A stretch of 64,000 bases of DNA, taken from contig CAVOFT010000001.1 of the NCBI GenBank assembly GCA_963695095.1, positions 32,001 to 96,000 on the forward strand. Direction: 5' to 3'. The notes below the pieces were generated by a model. The model had not been told where the DNA came from and made no database searches. It was given only the letters and a program-made list of their open reading frames with translations. Below, one piece after another: positions 50,044-61,817 of the stretch. A program made the translations under genes and the position numbers. Each line of letters opens with the position of its first letter. The first letter of the stretch is position 1. Origin of the DNA: an uncultured bacterium (lineage in GTDB: Bacteria; Krumholzibacteriota; Krumholzibacteriia; JACNKJ01).

Positions 50044-52209
50044 ATGCCACGCAAGGTCAATGAAACGACGAGCGGCAGGGAGTTGGCCCGCGACATCCTG
50101 CTGCGCATCGCCGAGAGCACGGCCGGCTTGACGGGAGAGGCTTTCTTCGAAGGCCTCACCCGTCAGCTGGCCAGCGTGCTCGGGGTGCGCTACGCGCTCC
50201 TCACCGAGCAGCCTCCCGCCGACCCCGCGCACCTGCGCACCCTCTCCTTCTGGAGCGGCGACACCTGGCTGCCGAGCTCCAGCTACCGGAAGGCGTTCAG
50301 CCCCTGCGCCAAGGTGATGGCCGAGGGGCGCTTCTTCTGCCCCACCGGCGCGCAGGCACGCTTTCCGCAGGACAAGGAACTCGCGAAGCTCAAGGTGGAC
50401 GCCTACTTCGGCCTCCGCTTGGCAGGGAGCGACGGGCGCACGCTCGGCCACCTCTGCGTGATGGACGAAGTGCCCCTGGAGGACGAGCGCTGGCTCGCCT
50501 CGATCCTCGAGGTCTTCGCTGCCCGCGCCGCCGCCGAGATCGAGCGCATGCAGGCCGATCAGGCCATGCGCGAGAGCGAGGAGCGCTTCCGCCACCTGGC
50601 GGAGAACCTGCCCGGCATCGTCTTCTCCTACTTCCAGGATGCAGACAAGCACCGCCACCTGCACTACCTTGGCCCCGGCGCCCGCGCCCTGCTGGGCAGC
50701 GAGCTCTTCGAGCGTGCCCTGGCCAATCCTGACGAGATCTTCACGGCCATCCATCCCGAGGACGTCCCGCCCCTGCTCGAGGCCTCCGACCTCGCCGCGA
50801 CGGAGGGCCGGGCCTTCCACGGCGAGTTCCGCATCCTACTCGATGGCGAGCAGCGCTGGATGGAGGCCTTCGCTCAGGCCGCGCCCCTGGACGATGGCCG
50901 CCGACTGTGGACGGGCACCGTCTTCGACATCAGCGAGCGCAAGGAAGCCGAGGCCCAGCTCAAGGAGTATTCACGGGCCCTGGAGGAGAGCAATCTCGCC
51001 CTTCAAGATGTGAGCGAACGGGCCCATGCCGCCACCCGCGCCAAGACCGAGTTCCTGGCCAACATGAGCCATGAGATCCGCACACCGATGACGGCCATCC
51101 TCGGCTACGCGGATATCCTCGGCGAGCGGATCGCGGACCCCGAGGACCGCGAGGCCCTCGGCATCATTCGCGAGCACGGGCGCTATCTGCTGCAGATCAT
51201 CAACGACATTCTCGACCTGTCGACGATCGAGGCGGGCCGGCTCGAGCTCAGCTTCCGCCGCGTGTCGGTCTTCCAGCTCCTCCACCATGTGCAGGAGCTG
51301 ATGCGGGTGCGCGCCCACGAGAAGGGCCTTTCGCTCACCGTGGAATACCCGGAGCGGATGCCGGCCGTGGTGCGCACGGACCCGGTGCGCCTGCGCCAGA
51401 TCCTGATCAACCTGCTCAGCAACGCGATCAAGTTCACCGAGCGCGGCGGGGTGCGCATTCGCGCGGACTACCACCACCACCCCGGCCTGCCCGTGCTCGA
51501 AATCGAGATCCGCGACACGGGCGTCGGCATGAGCGAGGCCAAGCAGGCCGCGCTCTTCGAGCCCTTCACGCAGCTGGACGGCACGGCGCGCCGGCGCTTC
51601 GGCGGCGCCGGGCTCGGGCTGTCGATCAGCCGCCGCCTGGCCGAGATGCTCGGCGGCACGATCAGCGTCGAGAGCCAGGAGGGCAAGGGCAGCAGCTTCC
51701 GCATCGTCGTGGCCACCGGCCTCATGGACGACCTGCGCATGATCAGCGCCGAAGAGGGCCTGGCCTTCCTCAAGGCGCCCGAAGAGCCCCTGATGGGCCC
51801 CGAGCGTTTGAACCTGCGCATCCTGCTGGCCGAGGACAACCGCACCAACCAGCGCCTCGTGCGCCACGTACTCGAAAAGCTGGGCGCCTGGGTGGGCGTG
51901 GTGGAGAACGGCCGCGAGGCCGTGGACACGGCCCTGGCCGCCCGCGAGCGGGAAGAGCCCTACGATGTCATCCTCATGGACATCCAGATGCCGGGGATGG
52001 ACGGCCACGCGGCGGCCCGCGAGCTGCGCCGGCGCGGCTACGAGGGCCCGATCATCGCGCTGACGGCCCACGCCATGGAGCGCGACCGGGAGGCCGCGCT
52101 CGATGCTGGCTGCGACGACCACTGCACGAAGCCCATCGATCGCCACCAGCTCGTGGCCGCGATCCTGGGCCAGCTCGCCCGCCGCGGCGCGCCGGTCCCG
52201 CCCGGCTAG
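50044..52209 (+). CDS. cytoplasmic hybrid histidine kinase (GAF-PAS-HisKA-HATPase-REC)
   Basis: FLANMSHEIRTP, NAIKFT, DTGVG, GAGLGL, LAEDN, MDIQMP, KP; no TM seen. Confidence 0.95.
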   Translation: MPRKVNETTSGRELARDILLRIAESTAGLTGEAFFEGLTRQLASVLGVRYALLTEQPPADPAHLRTLSFWSGDTWLPSSSYRKAFSPCAKVMAEGRFFCPTGAQARFPQDKELAKLKVDAYFGLRLAGSDGRTLGHLCVMDEVPLEDERWLASILEVFAARAAAEIERMQADQAMRESEERFRHLAENLPGIVFSYFQDADKHRHLHYLGPGARALLGSELFERALANPDEIFTAIHPEDVPPLLEASDLAATEGRAFHGEFRILLDGEQRWMEAFAQAAPLDDGRRLWTGTVFDISERKEAEAQLKEYSRALEESNLALQDVSERAHAATRAKTEFLANMSHEIRTPMTAILGYADILGERIADPEDREALGIIREHGRYLLQIINDILDLSTIEAGRLELSFRRVSVFQLLHHVQELMRVRAHEKGLSLTVEYPERMPAVVRTDPVRLRQILINLLSNAIKFTERGGVRIRADYHHHPGLPVLEIEIRDTGVGMSEAKQAALFEPFTQLDGTARRRFGGAGLGLSISRRLAEMLGGTISVESQEGKGSSFRIVVATGLMDDLRMISAEEGLAFLKAPEEPLMGPERLNLRILLAEDNRTNQRLVRHVLEKLGAWVGVVENGREAVDTALAAREREEPYDVILMDIQMPGMDGHAAARELRRRGYEGPIIALTAHAMERDREAALDAGCDDHCTKPIDRHQLVAAILGQLARRGAPVPPG

Positions 52210-52237
52210 AGCCGCCCGAGCCCCGGGCCGCCGGCGC

Positions 52238-54649
52238 CTAGCGCGCCAGCACCAGCTTTCGCTCCCAGCTCCCCGCCGCGCTGTGCAAGCGGGCCAGATA
52301 GAGCCCGCTGGCCAGGGCATGGCCGGCCTCGTCGCGGCCGTCCCAGATGAAGCTCCGCTCCCCGGCGGGCAGGAGCCCCGCATGGAGCATGCGGAGCCGG
52401 CGGCCCTGCAGGTCGTAGATGGCCAGCTGGGCCTGGCCGCTCGCCGCCAGGCTGAGGCGCAGGGTGGTCTGCGGATTGAAGGGGTTGGGATAGGCGTCCA
52501 GACGCCCGGCCGCTGCCAGGGGGCCCCCGAGGGCGGGCAGCTCGATGAGGCGCAGCATGCGCTCCTGGCCCAGGACGTCCCGCTCCAGCAGGCGATAGCT
52601 GAGCGCGCCCGCCGGCGCCTCGCCGTCGAGCAGGCTGAACAGGGGCCCGCCGGTCAGCGGCACGGGCGTCAAGCGGCGCCAGGCGCCTTGCCCCTCCCGC
52701 CGCTCGAGCAGGAAGCCGGCGCTCGCGTCCTCCCAGGCCACTTCCCAGCGCAACCAGACGCCGTCATCCCCGCGCTCGGCGCGGAACCAGGCGAGGAAGA
52801 CGGGGATGGCCTCGTCGCCGAGGATGGCCACGCCGTTGCGGTCGTCGGCGACGAAGACGTGCGGCCCCGACACGGTCGCGTCCAGGGCCCGGCCGCCGGT
52901 GTCGTAGTAGCCCGCCTCGGTCGGCTGATAGGGATTGCTGACATCGATGACGCGCAGGCCGTCGCCATAGTCGGAGACGTAGGCGTAGGGTCCGGAGATG
53001 TGCACCTTGCGCGCCGAGTCCACGGTGTCGTAGAAGCCGATCTCGACGGGACTCGCTGGATTGCTGATGTCCACGATGCGCAGGCCCCGCGTGTAGGCCG
53101 CCACGTAGGCGTAGTTGCCGTTCACGTCCACGCCCCAGGCCGCATCGACCAGCAGCAGGCTGCCCAGTTCCACCGGAGCGTCCGGATTGCTGATGTCGAC
53201 GACGCGCAGGCCCTGCGGGCCGTCGGCCACGCAGGCCAGGTTGCCTTCCACGGCGACATCGTAGGCGTAGCCGGGCGTGTTGAGCGTGCCGCGGCGGACG
53301 GGCGCGCTGGGGTCGCTCACGTCCACGATGATGAGTCCGGCTTCCGAGGCCGCCACGCAGGCCATGTCCCCGGCGAGCGCAATGGCCCGAGTGCCGGCGC
53401 CGCTCAGGGAGAGGTTGGCCAGCAAGGTCGGATTCGCGCGATCGCTCACGCTCACCACCTTGAAGCCCGGCGTATAATCGGCCAGGTAGGCCAGGTCGCC
53501 ATTGATCGCCACGTCGTAGGCGTAACCGGGGGTGTCCAGACGCGCGACGCGCTCGGGCGCCAGCGAATTGCCGACGTCGAGCACCACCAGGCCCAGGCGA
53601 TTGGCGGCCACGTAGACGAAGGAGCCGTCGGTGGCCACCCCCTGGCAGTAGTCGCCGGACTCCAGCGTGCTCACGGTCACCGGATCCAGCGGATCGGCCA
53701 GGTCCATGGCGACGAGGCCGCCGCCCCAGTCGGCCACCCAGGCGTGGCCGCCACCGACGGCGACGCCGTAGGCCGCCACCGGCGTGTTCTCGATGCTCAT
53801 CAGCGTGGGCAGCGCCGGGTTGCTCACGTTGATCACGACGAGGCCGTCGGCGTCGTCGGCCACGTAGGCCAGGCTGTCCACGACCTCCACTTCCCAGGCG
53901 AAGCTGAGGGTGTCGTAGAAGCCGACCTCGTAGGGAGCCGTGGGATCCGCCACGCTGAGGATGCGCAGGCCCGCATTCTGGTCGGCGATGTAGGCGAGCG
54001 TGTCCACGACTTCCACGCGGAAGGCGCCGCCGGGCGTATCATAGAAGCCGATCTCCGTCGGGTGCGCGGGATCGCTGATGTTGATGATGCGCAGGCCGGC
54101 GCTCCAGTCGGCGACATAGGCCAGCGTGTCCACCGCGCAGACGCCGTGGGCGCGATCCGGCGTGTTGTAGCTGCCGAGGGTGACGGGGTGCGCGGGGTCG
54201 CTGACATCGACGATGCGCAGGCCGTCGAAGTACTCGGCGAGCAGGACCAGCGTGTCGCGCACGGCGACATCGTAGGTGTACTGCGCGGTCTTGGAGTGGC
54301 CCACCTCGACGGGCTGCGTGGGATCGGAGACATCGATGATGCGCAGGCCGTCGGTCCAGGCGCTCGTGTAGACGTAGTCGCCGGCCTGATCCATGCCGAT
54401 CGTGGGCCCCGGCACGGCCACCTGGCCCAGCGCGACGGGATTCGCCGGGTCGCTCACGTCGGCGATAGAGATGGAGCCCCCGTTGCCGTAGAAGACCAGC
54501 CCCGCGTCCCAGTTGGCGCCATAGCAGGGACCGTCCGGCCAGCGCGAGAGCAGCAGCAGGTTCTGGCTGTCGCCGGTGTCGCGATCCTGGGCCGCAGCCG
54601 AAAGGGGCAGACTGACGAGCAGGGCAAGGACAAGGGTGCTGCGCTTCAA
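52238..54649 (-). CDS. secreted LVIVD-repeat protein with FlgD-Ig/T9SS-type C-terminal domain
   Basis: GAGG-N6-TTG start, about 13 AYVAD..GLRI.D.S.P..P.E.G.Y.T repeats, PVFL..F.A..WLRW, YPNPFNP. Confidence 0.9.
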   Translation of the reverse strand: MKRSTLVLALLVSLPLSAAAQDRDTGDSQNLLLLSRWPDGPCYGANWDAGLVFYGNGGSISIADVSDPANPVALGQVAVPGPTIGMDQAGDYVYTSAWTDGLRIIDVSDPTQPVEVGHSKTAQYTYDVAVRDTLVLLAEYFDGLRIVDVSDPAHPVTLGSYNTPDRAHGVCAVDTLAYVADWSAGLRIINISDPAHPTEIGFYDTPGGAFRVEVVDTLAYIADQNAGLRILSVADPTAPYEVGFYDTLSFAWEVEVVDSLAYVADDADGLVVINVSNPALPTLMSIENTPVAAYGVAVGGGHAWVADWGGGLVAMDLADPLDPVTVSTLESGDYCQGVATDGSFVYVAANRLGLVVLDVGNSLAPERVARLDTPGYAYDVAINGDLAYLADYTPGFKVVSVSDRANPTLLANLSLSGAGTRAIALAGDMACVAASEAGLIIVDVSDPSAPVRRGTLNTPGYAYDVAVEGNLACVADGPQGLRVVDISNPDAPVELGSLLLVDAAWGVDVNGNYAYVAAYTRGLRIVDISNPASPVEIGFYDTVDSARKVHISGPYAYVSDYGDGLRVIDVSNPYQPTEAGYYDTGGRALDATVSGPHVFVADDRNGVAILGDEAIPVFLAWFRAERGDDGVWLRWEVAWEDASAGFLLERREGQGAWRRLTPVPLTGGPLFSLLDGEAPAGALSYRLLERDVLGQERMLRLIELPALGGPLAAAGRLDAYPNPFNPQTTLRLSLAASGQAQLAIYDLQGRRLRMLHAGLLPAGERSFIWDGRDEAGHALASGLYLARLHSAAGSWERKLVLAR

Positions 54650-55000
54650 GATGTACCTCTTCGCGTTCGGGCCGAGCATCCGGCCGAAGCTGCAAGAGAC
54701 ATGCCCTGGCCGCGCCGGTGACCGGTTCCGGATGGAGCCGGGGACGCGGGGGAAGGATGCACCGCGCCACGCCCGGTTGACCCGCGCGGGACCCCTCTCG
54801 CCTTGCGCGGCAGCGGCGGGAGGATGGCGGAACCTAATAGCGTCACATCGATCGTGCAATCCCGACCCGCGGGCGGCCCGGGCGGGGGAAGGCGATTTCC
54901 CTGTCTGTTCATCCAGTGCTTTGCTAGCCTGCCACTGAGTAATCACTGTTTCGCCCGGCGCCGGGCTGCCGGGCGGCGGCCTCCGGGAGGATAGTGTAGC

Positions 55001-56554
55001 ATGTCCACGCAGCGCCTGCATCGAACCCCGCGTTTCGGTATTCCGATTCTCTGGCTGGCCCTCGCCCTTGCCGGCTGCGCCCAGCGTTCGCAGGGCCCGC
55101 CGCTTGCCGAGGGGCCGCCGCTCTTCGCCCGTGTCGAGGAATTCCGCCTGGACAACGGCATGCTCTGGCTCCTGCTGCCCCGACAGGACGTGCCCAGCAT
55201 CGCCGCGCGCATCCTCGTCAAGGTGGGCAACGTGGACAACCCGCCGGGGGACTCGGGCCTCGCCCACATGTTCGAGCACATGGCCTTCAAGGGCACGGAC
55301 GCAATGGGCGCCATTGATGCTGCCGCGGAGGCCGCGGTGCTCGACACCATCGGCGCGACCGGCGACAAGCTGCGCGATGCGATGAAAGCTGCCGCCCCCG
55401 ACACGGCCTTGATCGAAACCCTGCAGGCCAAGCTGGCGGAACTCGAGTCCCGGGCGGCCGCCTACGCCGAGCCCATGGCCCTCTTTCAGCTCTACGACCG
55501 CTTCGCCTACGACTACAACGCCCGCACGGGCCAGGACTTCACAGTCTACGAGGCCCTCGTGCCTGCCAACGCGCTCGAGGCCTGGATGCTCATCGAGAGC
55601 GAGCGCCTGCAGCACACCGTCTTTCGGGAGTTCTACGCCGAACTCGGCGTCGTCAAGGACGAGCGCCGCATGCGGCGCGACGACAGCCCGGAAGGCATGG
55701 CCTGGGAGTTGATGCAGACCCTCGCCTATGGGGACCACCCCTATCACAACCCCACCATCGGCTGGGAAGAGGACCTGAGCGCGCTTTCCCCCAATCTGGC
55801 GCGAGCCTTCTACGCCACCTACTACGTGCCCGGCAACATGGTGGCGGCCTTGGTCGGGGACTTCGATCCGGTCCAGGCCCGCCAGCTCATCGTCGACTAC
55901 TTCGGCGACTTGGCGCCGGGGCCCTCTCCGCCCGGTATCCCGATGCAGGTCGAGCCGCCGGTCAGGCAGCAGCGAGACGTGCACCGCCAGGGTGACGAGC
56001 GGGAGCTGCTGATGGCCTTTCCCGGCCTGCCGGCCGACTCGCCGCAGCTTCCGGCGGCCCAGATGCTCGCCGAGCTGCTGGCCCGCGACCGCACCTCGCG
56101 CCTGACGCGGCGGCTCGACATCGAGGCCGGCATCGCCCGCGATGTCAGCGCCTACCCCGACGCCGGCTTCAAGCGGGCGCCGGGGCTCTTCGTCATTGGC
56201 GTTGAGATCATGCCCGACCGCAGCAACGAAGAGGCGGAGGCGCTGATCTGGGAGGAACTCCAGCGCCTGCAGGAGCAGCCGGTGGCGCCTGCCAAGCTGC
56301 TCGAGATCTCCTCTGCCGAGCGCAAGATCTTCGTGTCTGGTCTGCAACGCAACGCGTTCCTTGCCGATCGCCTCATTCGCATGCAGGCAGGTTGCGGAGA
56401 CTGGCGCGAGATCTACCGCCGGGTGGCCGCCTACGCGGCGGTCACGCCGGAGGCCGTCCGCAGTCTGGCCCAAAGTCTCTTCGTCCCCGAGCGGGCTACC
56501 ATCGTCTACCTCGAGCCCGAGTCCGCGGAGGGCGGGCAAGGAGGTCAGCCATGA
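55001..56554 (+). CDS. M16 family zinc peptidase, catalytic subunit (lipoprotein)
   Basis: LAGC lipobox, LDNG, GLAHMFEHMAFKGT, NA.T, E..VV..E, HPY, YY.PGN. Confidence 0.92.
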   Translation: MSTQRLHRTPRFGIPILWLALALAGCAQRSQGPPLAEGPPLFARVEEFRLDNGMLWLLLPRQDVPSIAARILVKVGNVDNPPGDSGLAHMFEHMAFKGTDAMGAIDAAAEAAVLDTIGATGDKLRDAMKAAAPDTALIETLQAKLAELESRAAAYAEPMALFQLYDRFAYDYNARTGQDFTVYEALVPANALEAWMLIESERLQHTVFREFYAELGVVKDERRMRRDDSPEGMAWELMQTLAYGDHPYHNPTIGWEEDLSALSPNLARAFYATYYVPGNMVAALVGDFDPVQARQLIVDYFGDLAPGPSPPGIPMQVEPPVRQQRDVHRQGDERELLMAFPGLPADSPQLPAAQMLAELLARDRTSRLTRRLDIEAGIARDVSAYPDAGFKRAPGLFVIGVEIMPDRSNEEAEALIWEELQRLQEQPVAPAKLLEISSAERKIFVSGLQRNAFLADRLIRMQAGCGDWREIYRRVAAYAAVTPEAVRSLAQSLFVPERATIVYLEPESAEGGQGGQP

Positions 56555-57975
56555 AGGCACTGAGGCTCGCCTTGCTGCTGCTCGCGCTGAACGCCGTCGC
56601 GCTGACGGCCACCGAGACGCCGCGCCATATCGATGCCCTGGAACTCGGCGAACTGGCCATCGCCGTGCCCGAGCCGGCGACCTTCACGCTGGCCAACGGC
56701 ATCCGCGTCTACCTGTTCGAGAACCACGAGCTGCCGCTGGTCGCCCTGACGGCTCAGGTGCCCATGGAGGTCCGCTTCCTGCCCTTGGCCGAGGGCATGG
56801 CCTTTCAAGCCATGAGTAGCCTGTGGCGGGAAGGCGGCGCGGGCGATCTGTCGCCCGCTGCCGTCGACGAGCAGGTCGCGGCTCTCGGCCTGCAATTGGA
56901 CGCCGGGGCCGGCGGTGGCCGCGGGCTGGTAGATATCCTCATGATGAAGGAAGACCTGGCCGCGGGCTCGCTCTTGTGGCGGGATCTCTTCCTCCGCCCC
57001 GCCTTCGACGCCGAGCGCCTCGAGCGGACGCAGGCGCAGATCATCAAGGACCTGCAGGGTATCAACGACAATCCCGCGTGGCTGATCGAGCGCTGGTTCA
57101 ACCGCTTGCTGGCGGGTCCCGATACGCCTGGCTGGCACGTGACCACGCGCGCTGACGTCGAGGCCGTGACCCGCGAGGCGATCCTCGCCCTGTACGGGAA
57201 TTTCGTGCGCCCCGAAGCCACGGTGATCGGCATCGCGGGGGACATCGATCTCCGCGAGGCCCGCAAGCGGATGCAGGCCCTGTTCGGCGACTGGGCCCCC
57301 CCCGCCGCCGCCGCACTGCCCGCGCCCGTGGCCTGGGAGCGCTGCCCCCAGCCCGGGGTCTATCTGCTGCCAGGCGATTTCAGCCAGTGCCATGTGCGCC
57401 TCGGCCGCCCGATCGACGACCTCACCGAGCGCGACGCGGACTATCCCCTCTCCCGCCTGCTCGACTACGGTGTGGGCTACAACCGCGTCTACATGCGAAC
57501 GCGCCGCGAAGGGCTCTCTTACGGTACGGCCACCCGCCTGACGGCCGATGCCGTCTGGGCGCAGTTCTATGGCTTCGGGAGCACGGCTCCCGATCAGGTC
57601 GTCGACTTGATCCGGGCCATCCGCGAGGAGGTGGCGGCGATCGAGGCCCGCCCCCTGGATGCCGACGAGCTGGCCGGTTCGCGCACTTTCTTGATCGGCA
57701 GGGAACTGCGCTCGTTCGAAACGCTCTCGGGGATCGTGAATCGGCGCTTGGGCGACCTGCTCACCGGTCGCGGCGAGGACTACGCCGAGCGCATGATCGC
57801 CGGCCTCCAGGCTGCCGACGAGGCGAGCCTGGCGGCGGCCGCTGCCCGCTGGATGGACTTCGGCCCCGCGCCAGTATTGCTTGTGGTCGGCGCACCGGAG
57901 GGCGGCGCCGCCGCACTCGAAGGCCTGGGCCTCGGGCCGGTCACCGTGCTCGAGCCCGTGCGTTTCGGGGAGTAG
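56551..57975 (+). CDS. M16 family peptidase, non-catalytic subunit
   Basis: LANG..VYL.E.HELP, no HxxEH, R..RREGLSY pair; ATGA overlap. Confidence 0.88.
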   Translation: MKALRLALLLLALNAVALTATETPRHIDALELGELAIAVPEPATFTLANGIRVYLFENHELPLVALTAQVPMEVRFLPLAEGMAFQAMSSLWREGGAGDLSPAAVDEQVAALGLQLDAGAGGGRGLVDILMMKEDLAAGSLLWRDLFLRPAFDAERLERTQAQIIKDLQGINDNPAWLIERWFNRLLAGPDTPGWHVTTRADVEAVTREAILALYGNFVRPEATVIGIAGDIDLREARKRMQALFGDWAPPAAAALPAPVAWERCPQPGVYLLPGDFSQCHVRLGRPIDDLTERDADYPLSRLLDYGVGYNRVYMRTRREGLSYGTATRLTADAVWAQFYGFGSTAPDQVVDLIRAIREEVAAIEARPLDADELAGSRTFLIGRELRSFETLSGIVNRRLGDLLTGRGEDYAERMIAGLQAADEASLAAAAARWMDFGPAPVLLVVGAPEGGAAALEGLGLGPVTVLEPVRFGE

Positions 57976-58137
57976 GAGCGGGCGGCGGCGCTCACGCCAG
58001 CACTGCGGCCTTGCTCTTCTGCCCGCCAGCGCGTAGACTGAATTACCCTCCCGCGCCCGGCGGCCCGGCTGCCTGGCGCTTTCCTTTGCCCTCCCCCGCT
58101 GCCCTCCCCGCTGCGGCCGCGCCGCTCCGTGACGCGC

Positions 58138-61100
58138 ATGGCCTTCGTGCATCTGAACGTCCACAGCGCCTACTCGCTGCTGGCCGGCACCATGAAGCCC
58201 GAGGCGATCCCCGCCCTGGCGCGGCGCCGCGGCTTTGCCGCGCTGGCCCTCACCGACACCGACGGCCTCTACGCCGCCGTGCCCTTCCAGCAGGCCTGCG
58301 CGCGCGAGGGCCTGCACAGCGTGATCGGCGCCGAGCTGACGCGCCCCCGCCAGCGGCGCGAGGCGGCGCTGGCGCCGCCCATGTTGCCCGCCTTCGCCGA
58401 ATCCTCGGCAGCGGACCCCACCGCTGACGACGAGGCGGACTCCCCGCGCGAACTCGGCGGCTTCGCCCGCGAGCGGCCGGCCGGGCCGGGAGATCCGCGC
58501 CACCGCGCCACGCTGCTCGCCCGCAATGAGGCCGGCTATCGCCTGCTCGGCGAGCTGCTCAGCGCGCGGCACCGCGACCCCGCCTTCGAGTTGGAAGCTA
58601 CTCTCGCCGCCGCGCTCGACTCCGGCGAGCTGTATCTGCTCTGCGCGGGCGAGAGCCTCCTGCGCGCCCTCGCCCCCTGCGAGCAGGCGCTTGCGTCCCG
58701 GCGCGGGCCCCGCCTCTTCGTGGAGCTGCGCGCGGGCCGGGGCGCCTCGGCGCAGCTCGGCCTGCAGGCGCGCCTGCAGCTCGCGGCGGTGCTTGGCCTG
58801 CCGGCCGTGATCACGGCGGGCGTCTTCGTCGCCGATCCCGAGGACCACGAGCTCCACCGCCTGCTCTCGGCCATGCGCATGAACTGCCCCGAGCGCAGCC
58901 TGCCCCTGGATGCCGCCGCCCCCGCCACGGCCTGGCTCATGGACGAGCCCGCGCTGCGCGCCGCGCTCGGCCTCGCCCCCGGGGGCGAGTCGCAGCGCGC
59001 GGCGGCCGGGCACGAACCCGCCCCCGGGGGCGGGTCGGGCGGCGGCGTCCCCACGGGCGCGCGCGGCCTCGCCGACCCGCGCCTGGAGCGCGCGCTGGCC
59101 GCCAGCGCCGAGATCGCGGCGGACTGCCAGCTGCGCATCCCCCTCGGCCGGCCGCGCCCGCCCCGCTTCAACTTGCCGCCCGGCCCCGACGGTCGGCCCA
59201 GCCACCCCGACGCCTTCCTCTACCGCCTCGCCCACGAGGGCCTGCGCGAGCGCCTGGGCCTGGCCCCCGGCGACAGCGACCCGCGCGCCCGCCGCACGCT
59301 GGCCGCCCTGCGCCGCGAGCTGCACGTGATCCGCCGCCGCGAGGTCTCGGCCTACTTCCTCATCGCCTGGGACCTGGTGCGCTACGGACGCAGTCGCGGC
59401 CTGGCGAGCCTGGGCCGCGGCAGCGCGGCCGGCAGCCTGGTCTCCTTCGCCCTCGGCATCACGCACGTGAACCCGCTGGTGGGCGGCCTCTACTTCGAGC
59501 GCTTCCTCAACCTCGAGCGCGCGGGACTGCCCGACTTCGACATCGACTTCGGCTCGGCGGCCCGCTACGAGATTCTCGACTACGCCTTCCGCCGCTACGG
59601 CCGCGAGCGAACGGCGATGATCGGCACCTACCAGACCTTCCGCCCCCGCGGCGCCTTCCGCCGCCTGGTGGCCGCCCTCGACCTGGACGAGACCCTCTGG
59701 GACGCGCGCATCAAGCTGCTGCCGCACTGGGGCAGCTGCGCCACGCTGCGCCGGCAGCTCGCCGAGCACCCGAAGAGCCGCCATCTCGACCTCACCCAGG
59801 GTGACTGGCCGCGCCTGCTCGCCCTCGCCGCGCGCCTGGACGAACTGCCCCAGCACCTGGGCACCCACCCCTGCGGCATCGTCATCGCGCCGGGGCCCAT
59901 CGCGCACTTCGTGCCGCTGCAGATGGGCGCGCAGGGCCTGGCCATCACGCAGTGGGACATGCACAGCGTCGAGGCGGCGGGGCTGATCAAGATGGACATC
60001 CTCGGCCAGCGCGGCCTGGCCGTGATCGACGCCACCAGCGCCCGCGTGCGCGAGAACTTCGGCCGCGCGCCGCGCCTGGCCGGCGACCCGCCGACGGGGC
60101 CACTGCCGCGGCGGGCCGCGGCGGCGCGCGGCGCGCGCGCCGCCAAGGGCGAGGCGGCGGATGCGGTGAACCCCTTCACCGACCCGGCCACGCGCGCCCT
60201 GCTCGCGCGGGGAGGCAGCGAGGGCTGCTTCTACATCGAGAGCCCGATCATGATGCAGATCCTCCGCCAGGCGCGCTGCGAGGACTTCGAGACGCTGACG
60301 GCGCTGTCGTCGATCATCCGCCCGGGCGTGAGCAACTACGGCGGCAAGCGCGACTACCTCATGCGCCACCGCGGCGAGGAGCCCGTGCGCGTGCTGCACC
60401 CGCTGCTCGAGCCGCTGCTGCGCGACACGCACGGCTGCCTCATCTACCAGGAGCAGGTGATGCGCGTCCTCCAGGTGATGGGCGGCATGACGCTCGGCGA
60501 GGCCGACTGCTTTCGCAAGATCATGTCGGGCAAGGGCGGCGGCGACGCCAAGGCCTTCGAGGAGCGCTTCCTCGACGGCGCGCTGGCGCGCTTGGAAGCT
60601 GCGGGCGAGACGCCGGAAGAGGCCGGGCGCATCGCGCGCGAGCTGGGCCGGCAGGTGGCCAGCTTCGCCGGCTACGCCTTCTGCAAGGCGCACAGCGCCA
60701 GCTTCGCGCGCGAGAGCTTCGAGAGCGCCTACTGGAAGGCGCACTACCCGGCCGAGTTCATGGCCTCGGTGATCGAGGAGCGCGGCGGCTACTACAGCAC
60801 GGCCGAGTACGTCGAGGAATCGAGACGGCTCGGCCTGCGGCTCTTGCCGCCCCACGTGAACGCCGGCACGCTGCGCAGTCTCGGCTTCTCGAACGGCGCG
60901 CCGGCCCGCGATCCCGCGGGCGACGCCGGGCTGCCGCCACGCGCGCCGCGGGACCCGGCCGTGCCGCGCGGGCGCCTGCGCATCGGGCTCTCCTTCGTGC
61001 AGGGCGTGCGCGAGGCGGCTTTGCGCTGGCTGGCCGAGGAGAGCGCGCGGCGGACCTTCGTGGCGCTGCGCGAGCTGGTGGACCGCGCCCGCGCTGCGGG

Positions 61101-61817
61101 TGGCAGCGAGGGCCCGCGCCGCTACGAGCTGGCGCGGCTGGCGCGCGTGGGCGCGCTCGACGGTCTGGCGATCGGCGGCGCACCCGCCCCCGGGGGCGGG
61201 TCGGCGCGGAGGGAGCCCGCCGCCGAGCGGCCCGAGCTGCTCGCGGCGCTGGCCGCGCTCTGGCCCGAGGCCACGGCGGCCAAGGCCAACGCCGAGGCCT
61301 TCGCGCCCTTTGCCTGGCCCACGCAGCCGATCGGACCGGCCGCGGCGGCGAGATCCGCGGCGGGGCCAGACGCGGGCACCGAGGCGCTGCTGCGCGCCCG
61401 CGGCGCACCTGGAGCTGGCGGGACTCGGCTTCACGCCCTCGCTGCACCCGCTGCTGCTCTCGCCGGCCTTCGCGGGGTCCGGCAATGGCCGCCTCACGGC
61501 CGCGCGCGCTCGCCGCGCGCGGGGCAGCGCTCGCCTCGCGCGAGCGCGTGGATCTGGGCCGCGTGGAGCTGCACGGCGTCAAGGTGGCCGGCAAGACGAC
61601 GCGCACGGAAAAGGACCAGCGCCTGATGGCCTTCGTCACCTTCTCCGACGAGACGGGGATCTTCGAGACCGTGCTCTACCCCGAAGACTTCGCGCGCCTC
61701 GCCCGCCGCCTGCGCGGGCTGGGGCCCTTTCGCATCAGCGGCCTCGCCAAGGCCGAACTCGGCGAGCTTCTGATCGAAGTGAAGGACATCCAGCCGCTGG
61801 GGGCCGACAGAGGCTGA
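58138..61817 (+). CDS. dnaE: DNA polymerase III alpha subunit family (DnaE, probably accessory DnaE2-like); two apparent +1 frameshifts near 61398 and 61500
   Basis: HLNVHS.YSLL, ALTD, GRGSAAGS, PDFDIDF, HPCG, KMDILG, YQEQ, FCKAHS; LE..LGF..HP and M.F.T.SDETG OB motifs in shifted frames; 3680 nt = 3n+2. Confidence 0.9.

Noticed and set aside
54650..56560. N-terminal extension of the LVIVD ORF to 1440 aa
   Set aside because: Overlaps the M16 gene on the other strand; an RBS, TTG start and signal peptide sit at 54649
56545..61497. 1650-aa minus-strand ORF
   Set aside because: Antisense shadow of the M16 and dnaE genes
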